Part shown: one piece after another, positions 36,441-40,958 of the stretch
Numbering within the stretch: the first letter of the stretch is position 1
Layout: the number at the start of each line of letters is the position of its first letter
Program-made: the position numbers and the translations under genes
Notes under the pieces: generated by a model
The model's input: only the letters and a program-made list of their open reading frames with translations
The model's database searches: none
Told to the model about the DNA's origin: nothing
From: an uncultured Planctomycetaceae bacterium
Lineage (GTDB): Bacteria > Planctomycetota > UBA1135 > GCA-002686595
NCBI GenBank assembly: GCA_964352415.1
Contig: CAYGST010000001.1
Location: forward strand, 1-40,958
Reading direction: 5' to 3'
DNA length: 40,958 bases

Positions 36441-37424
36441 ATGTCCACAGAGAAGCAGGATGCGCGCCTCGCCCGCGCCGCCGAAGTGATCCGGCACGAA
36501 GCCGGCGCCGTCGCTCGGCTCGAGGACTACCTCGACGAGCGCTTCAGTCGCGCCGTGGACCTCGTTCTGGCCTCGAACGGGCAGCTGGTCGTCACGGGCA
36601 TGGGCAAGGCGGGCCTCATCGGCGCGAAGCTCTCGGCGACCCTGGCCTCCACGGGGACGCCGTCGTTCTACCTCCACCCGGCGGAGGCGCTGCACGGCGA
36701 CCTCGGGCGGCTGCGCCACGGGGACGTCCTGCTGGCGATCTCGAACTCCGGCGAGACGGACGAGGTCAACGCGATCATCCCCGTCGCCCGCAAGCTCGGC
36801 GCCGCCGTCATCGCGATGACCGGGCGGGCGGACTCGACGCTCGGCCAGCTCGCGGACACCGTGCTCGACATCGGCCGGGTCGAGGAGGCCTGCCCGCTCA
36901 AGCTCGCGCCCACGGCGTCGACCTCGGCGATGCTAGCCCTCGGCGACGCCCTCGCGATGGTCGTGCTCGACGAGCGCGACTTCGGGCGCGAGGAGTACGC
37001 CGTCTTCCACCCCGCCGGAGCGCTCGGCCGTCGCCTGATGCGCGTGCGCGAGGTGATGCGCTCGGAGAAGGAGCTCCCGCTGGTCCCGGGCTCGATGGGG
37101 GTCCGCGAGGTCCTGATCACGATGACGCGCACCCCGGGCCGCCCCGGCGCCGCGCTCGTCATCGAGGACGACGGCAAGCTCGCTGGCATCTTCACGGACG
37201 GCGATCTGCGGCGCCTGCTCGACTCGGGCGAGCTCGCGCGACTCGAGTCGCCCGTCTCCGACTTCATGGGCAGGAACCCGAAGTCGATCGGACCCGAAGC
37301 GCTGATCGAAGAGGCGCAACGCCTCATGCAGGAGCACCACATCGACCAGGTGCCCGTGCTCGACGAAGCGGGCTATCCGATTGGCTTGATCGACGTTCAG
37401 GACCTGCTCGACGTTCGCCTCTGA
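36441..37424 (+). CDS. kdsD: Arabinose-5-phosphate isomerase KdsD/KpsF (SIS + 2 CBS domains)
   Basis: Trimmed to ATG 36441. 'LVVTGMGKAGLIGAKLSATLASTGTPSFYLHPAEALHGDLG', 'LAISNSGETDE'. C-terminal CBS pair 'AALVIEDDGKLAGIFTDGDLRR' and 'IDQVPVLDEAGYPIGLIDVQDLL'. Confidence 0.9.
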   Translation: MSTEKQDARLARAAEVIRHEAGAVARLEDYLDERFSRAVDLVLASNGQLVVTGMGKAGLIGAKLSATLASTGTPSFYLHPAEALHGDLGRLRHGDVLLAISNSGETDEVNAIIPVARKLGAAVIAMTGRADSTLGQLADTVLDIGRVEEACPLKLAPTASTSAMLALGDALAMVVLDERDFGREEYAVFHPAGALGRRLMRVREVMRSEKELPLVPGSMGVREVLITMTRTPGRPGAALVIEDDGKLAGIFTDGDLRRLLDSGELARLESPVSDFMGRNPKSIGPEALIEEAQRLMQEHHIDQVPVLDEAGYPIGLIDVQDLLDVRL

Positions 37425-37444
37425 CGCCGGACCCCGACGTAGCC

Positions 37445-37990
37445 TTGACGACCTTCCAGGAACCGCTTTCGGACGAGGCGCGCGCGCGCCTCGACCGCAT
37501 CAAACTCTTCGCGCTCGACGTCGACGGGACGTTGACCGATGGCAAGGTCGTCTACGTCGGCGGCGAGGAGCTGCAGTCGTTCGACGTGCGCGACGGGCAA
37601 GGGCTCGTTTGGGTGCGCCGCGCCGGCGTCAAGCTCGCGTGGATCACGGGTCGCGGCTGCGAAGCGACGCGCCGCCGCGCGCAGGAGCTCGGCGTGGAGT
37701 TCGTCGTGCTCGAGTGCAAGGGCAAGCGCGCGGCCCTCGCAGCGATCCAGGCGGAGCTCGGCATCGACGCGTCCGAGACGCTCGCGATGGGCGACGATCT
37801 GCCGGATCTCGCGCTGGCCAACGAGGCGAGCGTCTTCGCGGCGCCCGCCGACGCACGGGCCGAGGTGCGCGAGCGCGCTGACGTCGTCGCGCAGGCCAAG
37901 GGCGGCGAAGGCGCCGTTCGTGAGGTCTGCGAGCTGTTCCTGCGAGCCAAGGGACAGTGGGCGGCGATCCAGAGTTCAGCCGGACGATGA
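37445..37990 (+). CDS. kdsC: 3-deoxy-D-manno-octulosonate 8-phosphate phosphatase KdsC (HAD-IIIA)
   Basis: TTG start. 'IKLFALDVDGTLTDGKV', 'FDVRDGQGL', 'AWITGR', 'LAMGDDLPDL', 'GGEGAVREVCELFL'. Confidence 0.9.
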   Translation: MTTFQEPLSDEARARLDRIKLFALDVDGTLTDGKVVYVGGEELQSFDVRDGQGLVWVRRAGVKLAWITGRGCEATRRRAQELGVEFVVLECKGKRAALAAIQAELGIDASETLAMGDDLPDLALANEASVFAAPADARAEVRERADVVAQAKGGEGAVREVCELFLRAKGQWAAIQSSAGR

Positions 37991-40958
37991 AGCGGCTCTT
38001 CCTGTTCGTCCTCGTCTTCGGCGGGGGCCTCGCGCTGCTGCTCTACTTCGCGCAGAAGTCGCGCGAGGAGAAGGGCGAGCGCGCCGAGCAGGGCGGCGGG
38101 CAGCTCCCCGTCGAGCGTCCCGACAACCCGTTCCCGCCGCTTGTCGAGAACGACGAGGAGCCTCCGGAGCCGCTTCAGGACCCCGACGCACCCGTGGATC
38201 CGGACGCGCCCGCGGACCCGGAGGCGGCGGAGAATCCGCCGAAGAAGCAAGGTCCCGACATTCGCGTCCAGATCGGCGGCACGTTCAACGGCTGGATCCC
38301 GGACGAGGAAGGCCGCCGGCTGTACGACTTCAAGCTGAAGGACATCAAGCCGCAGCCGAACGACGAGTACGTCGTCGACGGCGCAACTCTGCGCAAGCTC
38401 GACGTCGAGACCGGCTCCGTCGATACGCGCGTCGTCGCGAAGACCGCCTGGGTGCGCATCGACACGGTGAACGGCAGCTACGCGCTCAGCCGCACGGAGC
38501 CGGTTCGCCTGCGCGAGGCCGTCGTCACGCTCCTCGGCGGTTCACCGCTCGCACCTATCACGCTCGAGCTCCCCGAGGCCGAGTACAACCTGAGCACCGG
38601 AACGCTGTCCTCGAGCTCGAACGTCCGCGTCCTCGGCGACGGACTGTTCGGTACGGGCAACGGACTGATCGCCTCGCAGGAGAACCAGGTGCTCGAGCTG
38701 CAGCGCGACGGTTACCTGCGACTGCGCACCGACGACCAGACCGACATCGAGCTGCGCGCGGCCGGCAAGGGCGAGATCGTGTTCGAGCGCCTCGAGCTGC
38801 GGCGCGGGGTCGAGCAGGTCGAGGTTCGACTCGAGCAAGGCGGCGAGCTGACGGTCAAGGGCGACCGCGACGAGACGGTGGAAGGCGACCGCGACGTGAC
38901 GGTCGAAGGCGACTCGATCGTTCTGGACGGCCGCGTCGAGGAGACGCCCGACACGACGATCGTCGAGGGTGAGGAGCCGCGGCCGCGTCGCGCGTTCGTC
39001 CCCGAATACACGAAGATCGTCGGCAACGCCGTCTTCACGCGCGAATCGGAGACGGTCTCCGGCGAGAGCGCGGAGATCTTCTTCGACGCGGCCGGCGACC
39101 TCAACCGCATCAAGATGTTCGACGAGCCCACCGCACGCGGACTTCTGTTGCTCGACTCGAAGGACGGGGAGGAGCGCACGCCGGTGCCGGTGGTGCTGAC
39201 CGGACTCGGGCCGATGGAGCTCGAGTACTCCGCCGAGAGCCCGGTCGCGAAGTTCCTCTTGCCGGGACCAGCGACCCTCAGGGCGCCGTTGACCGACTTT
39301 CGGATCGACGCCGAAACTGGCATGGAGGGCAGCTTCTGGGGACGCGGCCTCGTCAACCTCGACCTGCGCGGTGAAGTCACCGGCCGCTTCGATGGCGTCG
39401 AGTTCGAGGGGAGCGACGTGGAGCTGCGCGGAAGCGAGCGCACGGAGGCGCTGCGCCGCGTCTACCTCGAGACGCGCCGCCCCTCGCACTTCTGGGGCAC
39501 GACGGAGAAGGGCGAGCCGTTCGACGTGAGGAGCGCCGGCCTCTTGCAGCTCGAGCTGCAGCGCGACGAGACGCGCCTCGTGCTCGGTCGTGACGTCACC
39601 TTGACGATGGGTGCGGAGGACGCCTGGACCGTCGTCGTCGCTGAGCTGCAGGACCTCGACCTCGACGCGCGGACGTTCGAGGCGAGCGGTGGGATGACCT
39701 ACACGACGCCGGACGGGACGGGCGCGGCGGACAGGGCGATCGGTCACTCGAGGGAGCACATCGAGCTGTTCGGGAGCGAGGAGCGCCCGGCGACCTTCGA
39801 CCTCGACGCGTCGAAGAGCGAGAGTCTCGACGCGGGATTCGTGCGCGCGCGCCACATCGACGTCCGTCCGGACCGCGTTCTAGCGGATGAGCTCGTGGAG
39901 CTGCGCTTCGAAGACCCGGAGTACTCAGCGCAGATCGACTGCAACGGGTTCGAGCTGCGCCTCCTCGAAGAGCGCGTCGCCGGTAAACCGACGCCGTTCC
40001 AGTTCGAGGCGCGCGAAGTCGAGCGCGCCGTCGTCAAGGGCAACGAGATCGACACGACGTTCCTTGCGGAGACCGTCTTCGGCGCCGGAACGCTGACCGA
40101 GCTCGCTGACGGCAGATCGGAGCTGGTGCTCGAGTCGGTGTCGGCCGCGGGCAACGTCAGCATGAGCTACGACGGCGGTGGCGGCCGCTTCACGGCGACC
40201 GGCGGCACGCTGCGCTGGGATCCGAGCGGCGTCGCCCGCCTCGAGGCGCTGGCGGGTGAACGGGTGGAGGCGCGCGGGCGCTTCCGCGAACAAGGCTTGC
40301 CCTACGTGCTCACCGCGACGTGGATCGAGTACGGCAGCCAGGACATCCAGGCGCTCTTCCCGGAGATCATGCTCGATCGTCCGGCGGCCCTGCCTCAGCC
40401 GTTGAGCGGCGGCCTCGCCGTCGAGCTCCACACGGGAAGCGCAGATTGGATGACGGCGGACGACGCCGGCATCCTCCTCGCCGGCCAGGCGCACTTCAGC
40501 GGGTTGACCGAGGACGGCCAGCAGGTCGAGCTGGACGCCGGGTCGATGCACCTGCTGCGCGAAGAAGAGGGCGACGAGCGCGGCCGCGGCATGCAGGAGC
40601 TGGTCGCGTGGGACGGCTTCGTTCTGACCCTGGAGGACGACCTGACGGGGACGGGCGAGATCCTTCAGCTCGGCTACGAGGTGCTGCGCTTCGAGGGCCG
40701 GCCCGCGCGCGTCGAGGTGAGCGGCTTCGTCTGGGAGTCGAACAACATCGTCTACGACGTCCCGCGCGTCCTCATCACCACCGACCAGGGGACGCTCTAC
40801 GGCGCGGCGGGCACGGCGTCTGAGGGCTGGACCGCGACCTACGAGTCGCTGCAGCCCTTCGAGACCGCGGACTCGACGATGATGGTCATGCGCAACCCCG
40901 TGCTGCGCGCGGAGGGACGTGAGCTGCGCGGCAAGTGGGCAACGTTCTGGCTCGACCG
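37987..40958 (+). CDS. Very large (>=990 aa, 3'-truncated by window end) membrane-anchored beta-rich protein in the lptC/lptA genomic position; possible OstA/LptA-LptC-like multi-domain protein
   Basis: Not in the supplied ORF track because there is no stop before the window end. I translated this frame (codon positions 37987+3n) codon by codon from ATG 37987 to 40958 and met no stop. ATGA overlap with the kdsC stop. N-terminus 'MKRLFLFVLVFGGGLALLLYF' is a TM anchor, followed by an acidic/Pro linker and then a long beta-strand-like sequence with recurrent 'G(N/D)xV' segments. Confidence 0.8.
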   Translation, partial: MKRLFLFVLVFGGGLALLLYFAQKSREEKGERAEQGGGQLPVERPDNPFPPLVENDEEPPEPLQDPDAPVDPDAPADPEAAENPPKKQGPDIRVQIGGTFNGWIPDEEGRRLYDFKLKDIKPQPNDEYVVDGATLRKLDVETGSVDTRVVAKTAWVRIDTVNGSYALSRTEPVRLREAVVTLLGGSPLAPITLELPEAEYNLSTGTLSSSSNVRVLGDGLFGTGNGLIASQENQVLELQRDGYLRLRTDDQTDIELRAAGKGEIVFERLELRRGVEQVEVRLEQGGELTVKGDRDETVEGDRDVTVEGDSIVLDGRVEETPDTTIVEGEEPRPRRAFVPEYTKIVGNAVFTRESETVSGESAEIFFDAAGDLNRIKMFDEPTARGLLLLDSKDGEERTPVPVVLTGLGPMELEYSAESPVAKFLLPGPATLRAPLTDFRIDAETGMEGSFWGRGLVNLDLRGEVTGRFDGVEFEGSDVELRGSERTEALRRVYLETRRPSHFWGTTEKGEPFDVRSAGLLQLELQRDETRLVLGRDVTLTMGAEDAWTVVVAELQDLDLDARTFEASGGMTYTTPDGTGAADRAIGHSREHIELFGSEERPATFDLDASKSESLDAGFVRARHIDVRPDRVLADELVELRFEDPEYSAQIDCNGFELRLLEERVAGKPTPFQFEAREVERAVVKGNEIDTTFLAETVFGAGTLTELADGRSELVLESVSAAGNVSMSYDGGGGRFTATGGTLRWDPSGVARLEALAGERVEARGRFREQGLPYVLTATWIEYGSQDIQALFPEIMLDRPAALPQPLSGGLAVELHTGSADWMTADDAGILLAGQAHFSGLTEDGQQVELDAGSMHLLREEEGDERGRGMQELVAWDGFVLTLEDDLTGTGEILQLGYEVLRFEGRPARVEVSGFVWESNNIVYDVPRVLITTDQGTLYGAAGTASEGWTATYESLQPFETADSTMMVMRNPVLRAEGRELRGKWATFWLD

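Noticed and set aside
37539-38972. 477-aa plus-strand ORF overlapping kdsC and downstream sequence
   Set aside because: The translation is extremely Arg/Ala/Pro-rich, it is out of frame with the well-supported kdsC, and it overlaps the giant ORF.

Overview
40,958-bp high-GC window (about two-thirds to 70% G+C by eye). It reads as origin-proximal core chromosome of a diderm, LPS-making bacterium, not as an accessory island. Phylum cannot be assigned from sequence alone. Acidic low-complexity tails, a GspG-like domain and FG-GAP secreted proteins give it a PVC/Planctomycetota-like or marine high-GC flavour.

I support about 34 CDS:
- Replication and partition core: parA ... dnaA - candidate oriC - dnaN - DUF721/DciA - gyrB, with no recF. 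An orphan parB with a palindromic parS lies about 11 kb from parA.
- Housekeeping genes: DUF72, DUF374, cyclophilin PPIase, metallophosphoesterase, RpoD-family sigma factor, hemW, pyrF, BshC-like, cysteine desulfurase, SDR, rsmB, fmt, trxA, scpA, M50 protease, kdsD, kdsC.
- Secreted or membrane proteins of unknown function.

I found no rRNA, tRNA, CRISPR array, transposase/integrase or recognisable defence system.

Many long ORFs in the supplied track are antisense or off-frame shadow ORFs, as is typical of high-GC DNA. Several listed ORFs also start too far upstream, so I trimmed them to internal starts supported by signal peptides, SD sequences or 4-nt stop/start overlaps. ATGA/GTGA overlaps occur at 1974-1977, 10041-10044, 17492-17495, 33083-33086, 35560-35563 and 37987-37990.

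Most noteworthy observations:
1. A >=990-aa open frame that is not in the ORF track. It is translationally coupled to kdsC, sits where lptC/lptA normally sit, and runs off the window end.
2. An orphan HPr domain fused to a ~340-aa helical domain, divergent from the sigma factor gene.
3. Two conserved genes (sigma factor, M50 protease) whose conserved N-terminal coding sequence lies upstream of any ATG/GTG/TTG, with good SD sequences in front of ATT/ATC codons.
4. A 754-aa secreted protein ending in a GspG pseudopilin globular domain.
5. A parS core embedded in a 44-bp perfect palindrome.
6. A DnaA-box cluster plus AT-rich element between dnaA and dnaN.

All family assignments come from motif recognition by eye. 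No database search was run.
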